A DNA stretch of 64,000 nucleotides from Nitrospirota bacterium (lineage in GTDB: Bacteria; Nitrospirota; UBA9217): NCBI GenBank assembly GCA_963741205.1, contig CAVUHW010000012.1:89152-153151 (forward strand). Reading direction: 5' to 3'. A program made the translations under genes and the position numbers. A model generated the notes under the pieces. The model had not been told where the DNA came from, searched no databases, and was given only the letters and a program-made list of their open reading frames with translations. Position 1 is the stretch's first letter. Each line of letters begins with the position of its first letter. Positions 10,272-20,697 of this stretch are shown piece by piece.

Positions 10272-11313
10272 ATGAAAACGACTGTCGTGTGCGGATTATT
10301 GGGTTCAGGAAAGACGACCTTCATCAGGAATTATGTCCGGGGCTTGACCGGCAGGGTTGTGGTATTGGTCAACGATTTCGGCGCCGCAGGCATCGACGGC
10401 GAGATCTTCAGCGCCGGAGGGATCGAGGCAATAGAACTTCCGAGCGGGTGCGTTTGCTGCACGCTCAGGTTTGATCTCATCACGACAATCAGAAAGATCT
10501 CACAGGAGTTCGCGCCGGAACATCTCGTGATCGAACCAAGCGGCGTGGCCTCGCCTTCATCCGTGCTCGAAGCGCTCGAAGACGCCGGCGCGGGCCCGGC
10601 GAGCGTGGTCGGCATCGTCGATGCCGCGGAGTTTACCGAGCTCCAGGATTCCGGCATGTACGGCAGCTTTTTCGAGGACCAGCTCAAAAGCTCCGACGTG
10701 GTTCTCGTGAACAAAACAGACATTGCTGAAGAAGAGAAGATCAGCGAAACCATCCGCCGCATCGAGTCCATCAATCCAAGGGCGATCGTATTGCGCACCG
10801 TAAATGCCAAGACGCAGAAGGAATCGCTCCCTCTCCCTGCCGGGGAGAGGTGCCGGGGTGAGGGGTCCGGCGTTACGACGCGGGCAGGATGATCACTTTC
10901 ATTTCGAGACACTGTCATTCAGGGTGAATCAGGGTGCGAAGCTTGCCGGCTTATCAGGCTTTTTTCATGATCTGGCAGCAGGACGATACGGCAACGTAGT
11001 GAGGGCAAAAGCGTTGATACAATCGGAAGAGGGCCCTTATCGTTTCGACGTTGTTTTTGAGAGGGTTGACAAGATTCGATTCGACAACGATATCGGGGAA
11101 AGCAGGGTCGTGGTTATCGGCGAGGGGCTGAATAAACCGGCTATCGAAAGCGCTCTGCGGGAGGATGGCGTGAGGAGCCGGGAGAAGCAAGCAGCGCTAG
11201 CCGGCCGAGGGTCGCCGCTAATCTCTGCCTTTCAGAAAATGCCCATAATGAAGCGTCTGGTCCACGATATGGGATTTTATCCTGCTGATTTGCTGTTCTC
11301 CCTGATCAGATAA
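10272..11313 (+). CDS. CobW/COG0523 G3E-family metallochaperone GTPase (frameshift near 10880; 3' end uncertain)
   Basis: GLLGSGKTT, VNDFG, GCVCC, IEPSG and NKTD motifs, then CobW_C (VVRAKA, VVVIGEGL). Confidence 0.9.
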
Positions 11314-12477
11314 CGGATACATCCCGGCGCCGGTAATATCGCCGATAAACAGCACGCCGACGAGCCTTTCACCATCAGGGCTGAATACCACCTTTCGATA
11401 GGTTGATCCGGTGGCCCTCACGTGCACTTCATAATCGCTGCCTTGGTATGAACAATGCCCATTGAGACAAAAGGCATATCAGCAACCTGAGTGGCATTCA
11501 TGATCCCGAAGGTGCCGGCATAGGCAGTCTTTGCGCCTGTCATGTTATAGCCGGCGCATCTGCCCATCTCGACCGCGTTTGTCCAAAGTGCGGTCATTAT
11601 CCTGTCTCCTGTCACAGGATCAAACGTGACAGCCACATCGCCGGCGGCAAAGGTATGAGGATTATTACAGGTCGTATATCTGTCCACCACGATGCCCTTG
11701 TCTGTTGCTATCCCGCTTCCGGACAGGAAATTGATATTCGGCCTCACCCCTTTTCCTATACATACCATCTGGCAAGGCATCTCGGACCCGTCGTCAAGGG
11801 AAACTCCTGTAACGCCGCTCTTATCTGAAATAATACTCTTGGCGCTGCGTGCCGGTTATTATCTTCAGCCCTGCCTTATCAAGGGCATGACGGATCAATC
11901 CGGCATCTTCGGGTTCCATAAGCTGAGAAAGGACCTCAGGAGAGTAAACCACCAGGGTGACCTTTACTCCCAGTTCCAGAAGGGCAAATGCGGCCTTGAG
12001 ATTGAGAAGTCCTCCTCCCAGCATTACTGCATGGTCAGTGCTTTCAGCCCTCTTTGCCATGGCCCTGGCATCGCTCAATTTCCGAAGGGCAAATACGCCG
12101 TATGCATCTGTTCCTTTTATCTCCGGCGGAATATAGGGGCTGCTGCCGGTCGCAAAAAGAAGCTTGTCATAGGATAACTGGTCTTTGCCGCTTATACTCA
12201 CCGATCTCCGCGAGGTATCCACTGAATCAACTGTTGCTCCCGTGCGGATCTCGATGCCTTGAGCCGTATAGGGTCCGTTGCCAGAAAGTCCTATGCCCTC
12301 TGCCTTCTTTTTACCGGTCACGACATAGGGTATCATTGGCCTGAAATAAGGCATATCCGGCTCTTCCGACAACACGGTGATAATGCCTTTCGGGTCCTTC
12401 TCCCTTATAGCCTGGGCCGCTGCCATCCCGGCAGCGCTGCCGCCTATGATCAGGTAATCCGGATAGTCCCTTTTCAT
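11218..12477 (-). CDS. FAD/NAD(P)-dependent oxidoreductase (FNOR) of the cooS-cooF operon (frameshifted)
   Basis: IIGGSAAG, LLFATGS, GGGLL, GVRPN and FAAGDVA motifs. Confidence 0.9.
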
Positions 12478-12478
12478 A

Positions 12479-12985
12479 TTACTCCCCTTCGCTGGCAATC
12501 ATCTTGGAAGCAGCATCTTTTCTGACATCTTTCGAGAATGTCTCTACGGTCCGGTAAACCAGCGCCTTCGTCGGACATGAACTGACGCAGGCCGGGGTCT
12601 CCCTGTCCGGACACCTGTCGCACCGGTATGACTTGTGGGTCTCCAGGTGACGGCCGATGACCCCGTACGGGCAGACCATGACGCAGGTCCAGCATCCTAT
12701 GCATTTATCGGTGTCTGTGATAACGACCCCATCTTTGTTTCGGCTTATTGCCCCGCTTATGCAGGCATGCATGCAGGGCGCGTCCTCGCAGTGGCGGCAT
12801 AAGATCGGCACGTTCACGTCGGGTGACACCCATTCCACATAGAGTCTACGTTTGGGAGCGGGCTTCTCCTGCAGGGCGCCATAAAGGTTCCCGCTTTTGG
12901 AATGCGCGACTGCACAGGAGATCTCGCAGGTTTTGCATGCGGTGCATTTGCTCGTATTTACAAATATCTCTTTTGGCTCATGCAT
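12479..12985 (-). CDS. cooF: CooF-type 4x[4Fe-4S] electron-transfer protein
   Basis: CTACKTCEISC, CRHCEDAPCMHAC, CIGCWTCVMVCP and CDRC...CVSSCP; directly after cooS. Confidence 0.9.
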   Translation of the reverse strand: MHEPKEIFVNTSKCTACKTCEISCAVAHSKSGNLYGALQEKPAPKRRLYVEWVSPDVNVPILCRHCEDAPCMHACISGAISRNKDGVVITDTDKCIGCWTCVMVCPYGVIGRHLETHKSYRCDRCPDRETPACVSSCPTKALVYRTVETFSKDVRKDAASKMIASEGE

Positions 12986-13008
12986 GGCATACTCCTTATG
13001 ATAGTGTG

Positions 13009-13105
13009 TAACCACAGGCGAACTTCGTCGCACGCGGTAAAAAGTTTAGAACTTTTATTTATATCCGTGTTCATCGTGTGTTCTGCGAAGCAGAACCCGA
13101 TGGTA
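13009..13105. repeat. Dispersed MITE-like element, copy 2, between cooS and cooF
   Basis: TAACCACAGGCG...GCACGCGGTAAA...CCGTGTTCAT...GCGAAGCAGAACCCGATGGT. Confidence 0.6.
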
Positions 13106-15018
13106 TCACAGCCCCAGACCTTTCCGGCGCTCATCGATTGCACCCAAAAGTTTATCAGCCGCGGACGTGGGGTCCAGGTCAACAATAAAATACCCGCCGG
13201 TAAGCCCCTTCACCTTGTCCGTAAGGATTTCAGTGACCGCCGGGCTGCCGAGAACGGGCAGCATGACCCCGACATGGGTGGGCAGTCCGGCGGCTACTGC
13301 ATATACGCCGATGGACACGGCTTTTTCGGATACCGCCTCGGGCGCAGACGCAACAACGGGCAGTTTGTCGGTATCCACGCCGAGGTAATTGGCAAGTGCA
13401 ACGACGATCGCCACGGCGCGCGAGTTGTCAACGCAGGACCCCAGATGCAGCACCGGGGGAAGCGGGCCGCCCAGCCCGTTTGCTTCTCCTATGGCTGTAA
13501 GAACAGCCTTCAGTCCGTCTCCGCACAGCTGGCTGTATTGGCCGGGTCCATGAAACCGTGTCTCATCAGCGCGCCGGCGCCGCATCCCGTAGCCACGACG
13601 AGAACGTTTTCCTTGAGCAGTTTCTCGGCCATGATCTTGAAGTTCCTGTCCTGCGGAACCTTGACGTTATTGCATCCGGCAAACAGGCACACGCCCCTGA
13701 TGTTGCCGTTTTTGATATTATCGACGAGCGGCTTCAGGGGGTCTTTGGCATCGACTTTTGCAAGCGCCGCGACTATCGATTCAGTCGAGAAGCCTGCCAC
13801 GACGTTGCTTTCGACGTTCGGAATGTCAACCGGTTTGCCTTTTCTTTTCTTGAAGCCTGCGATGGCCGCCCTCACAACCTCTTTGGCCTTTTCAGCAGCA
13901 GCCTCTTCCGTAAATTCGATGTGCTCGGCGCCGGTAATCTTGCAGATGTCCATGGTCGTTATAACTTTCGAGCCCATGCATTCCGCAACGGTCACGAGAG
14001 AAGGCATGATGCATTGATAGTCAACGACGATCGCATCGACGGCGCCGGTCAGAAGGGCCATCTCCTGGCTTACCGAATGCGTGCAGGAAGGAATGGCATG
14101 CCGTTCCAGGAGTTCATTTCCCGTACAGCATATGCCCACGACATTTACGCCTTTGGCCCCGGCGGCAACAGCTTCCTGCTTCATATCTGCGGCAACTGTT
14201 ACGATCATTTCAGAAAGCACAGGGTTATGCCCGTGGGCGGCGATATTGACCATGTCCGCCTTCAGCGTTCCCATATTGGCTTTTGATACCACGGGAGTGG
14301 GCGTTCCGAACAGGATATCCGCAAGGTCGGTGCCCATATAGCATCCGGCAAGGTCTGCAACTCCGCACCTGATGCCGGCGAGAAGCAGATTCACTGCGTC
14401 GGCATCTACCCCGTACAGCGTTCGATGCATGATCTCCGAAACCTCTGAGTCTATTCCCTTCGGCACGGCCCCTATCGCGGAGAGGGCCTTTACGCGGCCC
14501 GCGGTCACCACCGTGGCTGCCCATAGTACCGGGGTATCCTTCTCGCCAAAGTCAGCCAGGGCGGCAGATGCCACATCCTTTGCGATCTCCATATCCTTTC
14601 TTCCTTCAACAGGAAGGCCGAGCCGGGTTGCAACTGCCTTCAGCTTTGCCGGGTCCTTTATTTTGTAATCAGGCGCCTGGCCCTTGGCCATCTTCATCAT
14701 GGTGTGCGCAAGGTGTTTGGCGTGCCCGGAGTGGGCGGCTGTGCCCGCGGCAATGGCCCTGTCCAGCCACCGGGCAACCATGACATCGGCAGTACAGCCG
14801 CATATGCCCGTCTTCGGCTCCTCCCCGAAAGGATTTATCCTGCAAGGCCCCTGGAGGCAATTGCGGCAGCAAAGCCCCGTATCACCATAGCCGCATTGAG
14901 GGGTCATGGCCTCGTACCGGTCCCATACCGTTGTTATCCCCTTCTCCTTCGCCTTCGCGATCATCTGCTGGACAGCAGGATCAAGGCTCTTGCTCTCAAA
15001 TGACTTGTCGGCTGACAT
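13106..15018 (-). CDS. cooS: Anaerobic Ni,Fe carbon monoxide dehydrogenase catalytic subunit (frameshift near 13530)
   Basis: QCGYG...CCRNCLQGPC (D/B clusters) and HSGHAKH. C-cluster ligands HGH, ICCTG, YQC, AGC, TGC and GSCVD; SEKA. Confidence 0.96.
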
Positions 15019-15364
15019 GACGACCTCCTTTTTATTTATCAGATAGATCTGGCATATAAAAATGTTTTTAGTTAAGGGATGCTGGTATGAAAAGCAGCGT
15101 GATACAACCGATATATCCACTCTTGAACAATTAGACAACGATCCCGGGAGCGGCTATCGGTCGATCATCGGAAAGATGAAATCCCTGGTTGGACGAAACC
15201 TCTTGCTAAGAACAGGAGGTTAATATGACTTGTGTAAATGGTAGCAGATTATAGCAGTTTTGTCGACTGCAAAGAGAGATTCGCGGTTCGACGAATACTT
15301 GATAACTAGTCCTTAGGTTTTATGAAAGTGCATACGGTTATTTTCTCATGTCGACCTCCTGTAA

Positions 15365-16285
15365 TTATCTGCAAAACGAGGTTCCCTGCATCTGCAACAT
15401 TGCCGGGGGCTCGCACTCGATCACAATCCCTTCACCGGTGGCAGGATGGATAAAGCTCAGTTCAGCAGCATGAAGATGATAGCCCGGATCGCCAGGCACT
15501 GCGCGCTGATCCTGCAGGGGTATTCCACCGATGCCGTACAACGGGTCGCCCACGAGCGGGTGACCTGCTGCCGCAAGATGGATCCGGATCTGGTGAGGCC
15601 GGCCCGTGGCAATGCGCACATCACACAGGAAAGAATCTGTGCGCCGTTCGAGGACGCTTACCTGTGAAAGGGAGGGCTTGCCGTGCGGCGCTGCAGCATG
15701 GATTGAACCGAGCAGGGCGTGCGGCACCCGGCCGATGGGCGCGGTAATCGTGATCTCATCCCATGCCGGAACCCCGCCAGCAAGCGCGCGGTAGCGCTTC
15801 CCAACCTTTTTTCCCGACCATTGCCGCATCAGGGCAGCCCGGGTCTTCTGGTTTCGCGCGCAAAGCACGACCCCTGATGTCCACCGTCCCAAGCGATGAA
15901 CAGGAGCGGCATCAGTCGCGTAGGCGCGGACCAGGTGCAAGAGCGTTGCGGTCAGAAAGTTTGCGCCCGGAAGCGTGGGCAAACCGGCCGGCTTGGCCAC
16001 TGCAAGGAGGTCGTCGTCTTCGTACAGGACCGAAAAAGTGCGGGGAGCATCCGGTTCGATCCAGGGAGGCCGCTGCCAGACCAGGACGGATCCTTTGCGC
16101 AGTACGGACTCGGTATTCGCGGGCAGGGAATCGATGAACACCTGTCCCGCTGCGATACGCTCCGTCCATTCCTGGGCGGTAGAGTGGCGGTAGCGTTGGC
16201 TCAGATAAGCCAACACCGTCCGCCCGTCTGCATCAGGGCCGAGCTGTTCGCGGTATTCACAGCCTTTGTTAAGGATCGTCTTCAT
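15365..16285 (-). CDS. RluA-family RNA pseudouridine synthase
   Basis: KPAGL, HRLGRWTSG and TGRPHQIRIH...GHPLVGDPLY. The catalytic HRLD reads HRLG here. Confidence 0.85.
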   Translation of the reverse strand: MKTILNKGCEYREQLGPDADGRTVLAYLSQRYRHSTAQEWTERIAAGQVFIDSLPANTESVLRKGSVLVWQRPPWIEPDAPRTFSVLYEDDDLLAVAKPAGLPTLPGANFLTATLLHLVRAYATDAAPVHRLGRWTSGVVLCARNQKTRAALMRQWSGKKVGKRYRALAGGVPAWDEITITAPIGRVPHALLGSIHAAAPHGKPSLSQVSVLERRTDSFLCDVRIATGRPHQIRIHLAAAGHPLVGDPLYGIGGIPLQDQRAVPGDPGYHLHAAELSFIHPATGEGIVIECEPPAMLQMQGTSFCR

Positions 16286-16428
16286 GGTCGCGCATTCACC
16301 TTGTTACAAACAGCCGGGTATAGGCAGCGAGCAAAACTGCCAAACCAGTCCAAGCCATCTTTCATAACTCGTGCGCCAGTTACAAATCAAAAAATATTTA
16401 GAACAACGAGGCGTTATGATCAGCACGG

Positions 16429-17002
16429 TCATGGCGCGAAGACTTTCATCTTGATCGCCTCGATATCCGCTTTCCTTATGTATTTCTGAATGTTCTTGTA
16501 TATCGAGTGATATCCATACCCGCCGTGCATCAGCTCATCGATCGCTTCGTTCTTCAACCATCCCTGGAACACGATCAGGTACATCGCGCTGATGAGGCCC
16601 GTGCGGTCCGAACCATGCCAGCAGTGGATCAGGATGGGACCGTCGGAAATGCTGATGATCCTGAGCGATTCAATCACGTTATTGTCCGTGATCTCGCCCG
16701 TCTCCATTGCGACACGATAAAGCTTCAGTCTGGTCCCTCGTGCATCGTTGTCGTCAAAATGATGGTTGCGAAGGTTCAGAACGCTCCTAATTCCCAGCTG
16801 CTCAATCTGCCGGAATCCCTTCCTGTCCGGCTGGGTCGAGCGCTAGACCTTGTCGTCAAGCCGATAAAAATTTCCCGGGGCATCGGATGATACGGGCGCA
16901 GCCCACTTCTCCGGTCGGGTCTGCTGTTCTGTTGCCGAAAGTACTGCGGCGGAGAAAAGGATTATGAGATATGGAGAAATGCTTCAATATGGCTTTGTTC
17001 AT
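16429..17002 (-). pseudogene. Secreted dual-specificity/tyrosine phosphatase-like protein; as read has a frameshift and an in-frame TAG near 16843
   Basis: HCWHGSDRTG (CX5R) motif. Upstream frame reads NFYRLDDKV*RSTQP...GIRSVLNLR. Could be sequencing error. Confidence 0.6.
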
Positions 17003-17510
17003 TATTCGTCGCTCCTTTCGCCGGGATGAGCCGGGGATTGTGCTCCCGACAATAACCTTCAGGATGTTTTATATGGTAAGAGTCGATCTTGCCCCGCACG
17101 TGCGATCGCTCATCATCGGTCAGCGGTCCGTATCCCCGGCCATAGGGCCAGCCATAGGCCCAGCGGTACCACATGGGGAAAGCAGGGTGGCCGCCGACGC
17201 GCACACCGAGATACATTGTTTCGGCCAGGACTTTGTGGCCCGTTCGTTCCTGCACGCATTCTCGCAGCCTTTCATCCGCTTTCCTGCGTTCATCGGCTGT
17301 TCCGCCCTGTCAGTAACTGGTGTCATGCTCCAGACAGCAGTCGCACAAGCGGTCTCTTAACGGGCCGTTTATGAACAGGCTGCATACATCGCTCGTGAAG
17401 TCTTTCAGGTCTACGGTGGCAGCCGATGAGCATGCCGCAGGGAAAAGGGAGACCAGGAAAACAATCATGAAAAATCGTGCATTATGTGTGCGTTGGGTTC
17501 GTTGTATCAT
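16962..17510 (-). CDS. Secreted Cys-rich protein with phospholipase-A2-like CCxxHD motif (frameshifted)
   Basis: FTSDVCSLF...CCLEHD...R.KADE.L.ECV...MYLGVRVGG...YRWAYGW. Confidence 0.6.
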
Positions 17511-17777
17511 GGCCTCGGTCAGTATGTTGCCATGCTTGCAGCTGATTTTATGCCGATCGCCGCCGGGAAATCCGCCAGGAGCATATCGGGAGCACACTGG
17601 GTTGATGTGGCTTCCGACGAGAGAATGCCGAAAAATCGCTGATGCCCGTTCTCGGGTCATGTGGCTAAATACGTCCTGAATAATAATCATTCGTTTCGCA
17701 TTGTGAGATCAACGAATGCGATTTGCAGTTGACAGGGGTCTATAGGATGTCCCCAAGATGCACATTCAAGATTCATC

Positions 17778-19169
17778 TCACTCAGGCTTGATGTTCTGGT
17801 TCATCCGGAAGAAGTTCGTCGGGTCGTACTTTTTCTTGAGCGCGACGAGCCTGACGTACTTCGCCGGGCCGTACGCGGCCCTGACCCTGTCCTCCCCTTC
17901 TTCTCCCAGGAAGTTCACGTAAACTCCGCCGGTCGAAAAGGGCCTCATCGCGGCCTCAAAATCCCTGGTCCACTGGATGTGTTTCTCCGATTCCCGGGGC
18001 TCCGCCCACTTGGTGACGATGTTGAGCGCGCACAAGGCATCGCGGTGGCTGAAGGCCATCTCGTCTTCACCTGTTTTTTGCACCGCTCCTCCCATGTGCT
18101 GGAGATGCACCTGTGACAGGGGCGATGTAATGGCCGCGGAACAGCGCGCAAGCATATCAATCGCCTCGTCGCTGAGACTTTTCAGATGGGATGATTTCCA
18201 GTAATTAAGTTGATACGGCGGCGCGCCGGGATCGAGCATGGACTGCAGTTCGACATAGGGCATTTGCCTTATCGCATCCAGAAGCGGCGGGCCGAACTGC
18301 CGGAGCGGCTTCAGAACCTTGTCCCCCTTTTCCATGGGGCCGGTGTAACATACATGAATAGCCGTCACGGGTCCGCCGTTAAGAAGTTTGTAGAGGGCCG
18401 GATTCGGTGAGGCTGCCATATAGGCGAACATCGTGGTAAGTTCATCGGGAATGGTAGCAATATAGTCGCGATAGAACCTCAGGACCTCGCGGCATTTTGA
18501 GGCGGGATAATAAACGCTGCCTGCCAGGACAGCGGGACCGACCTCATGAAGCCGGTAGACAAATTCGGTCACAATGCCGAAGTTTCCTCCCCCGCCCCGA
18601 ACACCCCAGAAGAGGTCCTGGTTTTTTTCGGCGCTTGCGGTCACAAGCCGCCCTTCGGCGGTGACCATGTTGACGGAAAGGAGGTTGTCGCAGGTAACGC
18701 CGAACTTCCGCATGAGCCAGCCGATGCCGCCGCCCAGAGTCAGCCCGGCAATTCCCGTACGCGAGACGATCCCGCCCGTAGTAGCGAGAGCATAGGCCTG
18801 TGTCGCGCGGTCTAATTCTCCCCAGGTCAGTCCTGCCTGGGCACGGACAATACGGGATGCGGCATTCACCTCGATCCCCTTCATTCTCGAGAGGTCGATT
18901 ACGATCCCGCCATCACAGACCGAGTTTCCGGCAACATTGTGCCCGCCGCTGCGAACGGCCGCGAGCAGACCGTGGGTCTTCGCAAACTGAACCGACTTGA
19001 TCACGTCGCCGGCGTCCGCACAATAGGCGATCATCGCGGGATGCCTGTCTATCATGCCGTTCCATACCCTGCGGCCCGTGTCGTAGCCTGCGTCACCGGG
19101 CAGGACCAGCTCCCCCTGCAGGGCGTTTCCGAATTCTCGCACGATTTTTTCTGAAGGGATTGTGGCCAT
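17778..19169 (-). CDS. FAD-binding oxidoreductase, VAO/berberine-bridge-enzyme family
   Basis: RSGGHN covalent FAD motif, GLTLGGGIG, RGGGGNFGIVT and C-terminal KYDPTNFFRMNQN. Confidence 0.92.
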   Translation of the reverse strand: MATIPSEKIVREFGNALQGELVLPGDAGYDTGRRVWNGMIDRHPAMIAYCADAGDVIKSVQFAKTHGLLAAVRSGGHNVAGNSVCDGGIVIDLSRMKGIEVNAASRIVRAQAGLTWGELDRATQAYALATTGGIVSRTGIAGLTLGGGIGWLMRKFGVTCDNLLSVNMVTAEGRLVTASAEKNQDLFWGVRGGGGNFGIVTEFVYRLHEVGPAVLAGSVYYPASKCREVLRFYRDYIATIPDELTTMFAYMAASPNPALYKLLNGGPVTAIHVCYTGPMEKGDKVLKPLRQFGPPLLDAIRQMPYVELQSMLDPGAPPYQLNYWKSSHLKSLSDEAIDMLARCSAAITSPLSQVHLQHMGGAVQKTGEDEMAFSHRDALCALNIVTKWAEPRESEKHIQWTRDFEAAMRPFSTGGVYVNFLGEEGEDRVRAAYGPAKYVRLVALKKKYDPTNFFRMNQNIKPE

Positions 19170-19192
19170 GGGATGAAGAATGCTCTGCAGCG

Positions 19193-20539
19193 TCAGGAAC
19201 TGATGCCGTATTTCTTCAATTTCAGGTAGAGGGTCTTGCGGTCGATGCCCAGAAGCTGGCTCGCCTTTGACTGGTTGCCGCCAGCTTCCTTGAGGACCCG
19301 GAGGATGTAGTTCTTTTCCATCTCTTCGAGGGAAGGGTTGACGCTCATGTCCGCGACCGCGTCGTAGGAGGAGATGGAGAGGTCTTCGGCCCCGATGGTG
19401 CCGGATTCGCAGACGATCACCGCCCGTTCGATCACGTTCTCAAGCTCCCGCACGTTTCCCGGCCAGCGGTATGCCGAGAGGAGTTCCAGGGCCTCGGCGG
19501 TGAAGTCCGTGATGGGCTTGGCCAGCTTCTTCGCGTACTTCGCGAGGAAATGGCGCGCAAGCTCGGCGATGTCCTCCCTCCGCTCCCGGAGCGGCGGGAT
19601 GGCGATGTTGATCACGTTCAGCCGGTAGTAGAGGTCTTCGCGGAAGGCCCCGGTCTTGATCACGGCCGAGAGGTCCTTGTTCGTGGCGGCGATCACGCGC
19701 ACGTCCACGCGGAGGTTCTTGTTGCCTCCCACGCGCCGGAACTCGCCGGAATCGAGGAACCTGAGGAGCTTCGCCTGCAGCCCGATGGGCATCTCGCCGA
19801 TCTCGTCCAGAAAGAGCGTACCCTTGTCGGCGACCTCCACGAGGCCGTGCTTGGTCTGAAAGGCGCTGGTAAATGCGCCTTTCTCGTGGCCGAAGATCTC
19901 GGACTCGATGAGGTTTTCCGAGAGCGCCGCGCAGTTCAGGGCGATGATGGGCATGTCCTTCCGTTTGCTGTAATGCCAGACCGTGTTCGCGACGAGCTCC
20001 TTGCCGGTCCCGCTCTCGCCCTGGATGAAGACCGGCGAGTCCGTGGGCCCCACCTTCTGGATGAGCGCGAGGATCTCCTGGACCTGCCTGCTCCTGCCGA
20101 TGAATTCGAAGGGCGATTCCTGCCTGACCAGCTCCTGTTCGAGGAGCTTGCTCTTGACGGAAAGCCTGCTGAACTCATAGGCCCGGTCGACGACGATCAC
20201 GAGCTCGTCGAGCTTGTAGGGCTTGGTGAGGTAGTCGAAGGCGCCGTTTTTCATGGCCTCCACGGCGGTCTCCACCGTTGCCTTGCCCGTGAGCACGATG
20301 ATCGCGGGGGCCCCCGAGTCCTCCTTCAGCTTCTTCATGAGCGAGATCCCGTCCACCCCGGGCATGACGACGTCCAGGAGGATCACGTCGAAGGAGCGGT
20401 CGCGCAGAAGCCGCAGGGCCTCGCTCCCGTCGGGGGCGACTTCGACGGCGTATCCCTTGCGGGTCAGTTCTTTTTTCAGGAGCCTTCTGAAGGGCTCTTC
20501 GTCGTCCACGACGAGAATGTTGATCATAGATATCGACAC
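19193..20539 (-). CDS. Sigma54-dependent NtrC-family response regulator
   Basis: REC domain, [30 protein letters not shown] and Fis-type HTH. Confidence 0.95.
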   Translation of the reverse strand: MSISMINILVVDDEEPFRRLLKKELTRKGYAVEVAPDGSEALRLLRDRSFDVILLDVVMPGVDGISLMKKLKEDSGAPAIIVLTGKATVETAVEAMKNGAFDYLTKPYKLDELVIVVDRAYEFSRLSVKSKLLEQELVRQESPFEFIGRSRQVQEILALIQKVGPTDSPVFIQGESGTGKELVANTVWHYSKRKDMPIIALNCAALSENLIESEIFGHEKGAFTSAFQTKHGLVEVADKGTLFLDEIGEMPIGLQAKLLRFLDSGEFRRVGGNKNLRVDVRVIAATNKDLSAVIKTGAFREDLYYRLNVINIAIPPLRERREDIAELARHFLAKYAKKLAKPITDFTAEALELLSAYRWPGNVRELENVIERAVIVCESGTIGAEDLSISSYDAVADMSVNPSLEEMEKNYILRVLKEAGGNQSKASQLLGIDRKTLYLKLKKYGISS

Positions 20540-20697
20540 TGACCACTCCGAAATGACAGATATCGGATCTGACAGGCTAACTACGGATAACTCGATTATT
20601 CAACGGGACCTTTACTGATCGAATGCGTTTGCAAGCTCTGTCATTCGGTATTGTATCTCGTAAACGCTGGATTCAGTCAGTGATGACGTGTCGGTTT

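Noticed and set aside
15019-15364. CooA/RcoM site or riboswitch upstream of cooS
   Set aside because: No TGTCR-N6-YGACA palindrome or recognisable aptamer was found by eye.
16843-16846. In-frame TAG as pyrrolysine
   Set aside because: It falls at a position expected to be Tyr (one substitution away) in a phosphatase. No pyl genes are in the window, and no amber codon was noticed in the methyltransferases.
15365-17760. Integron cassette array
   Set aside because: No attC-type RYYYAAC...GTTRRRY boundaries and no integron integrase were seen.
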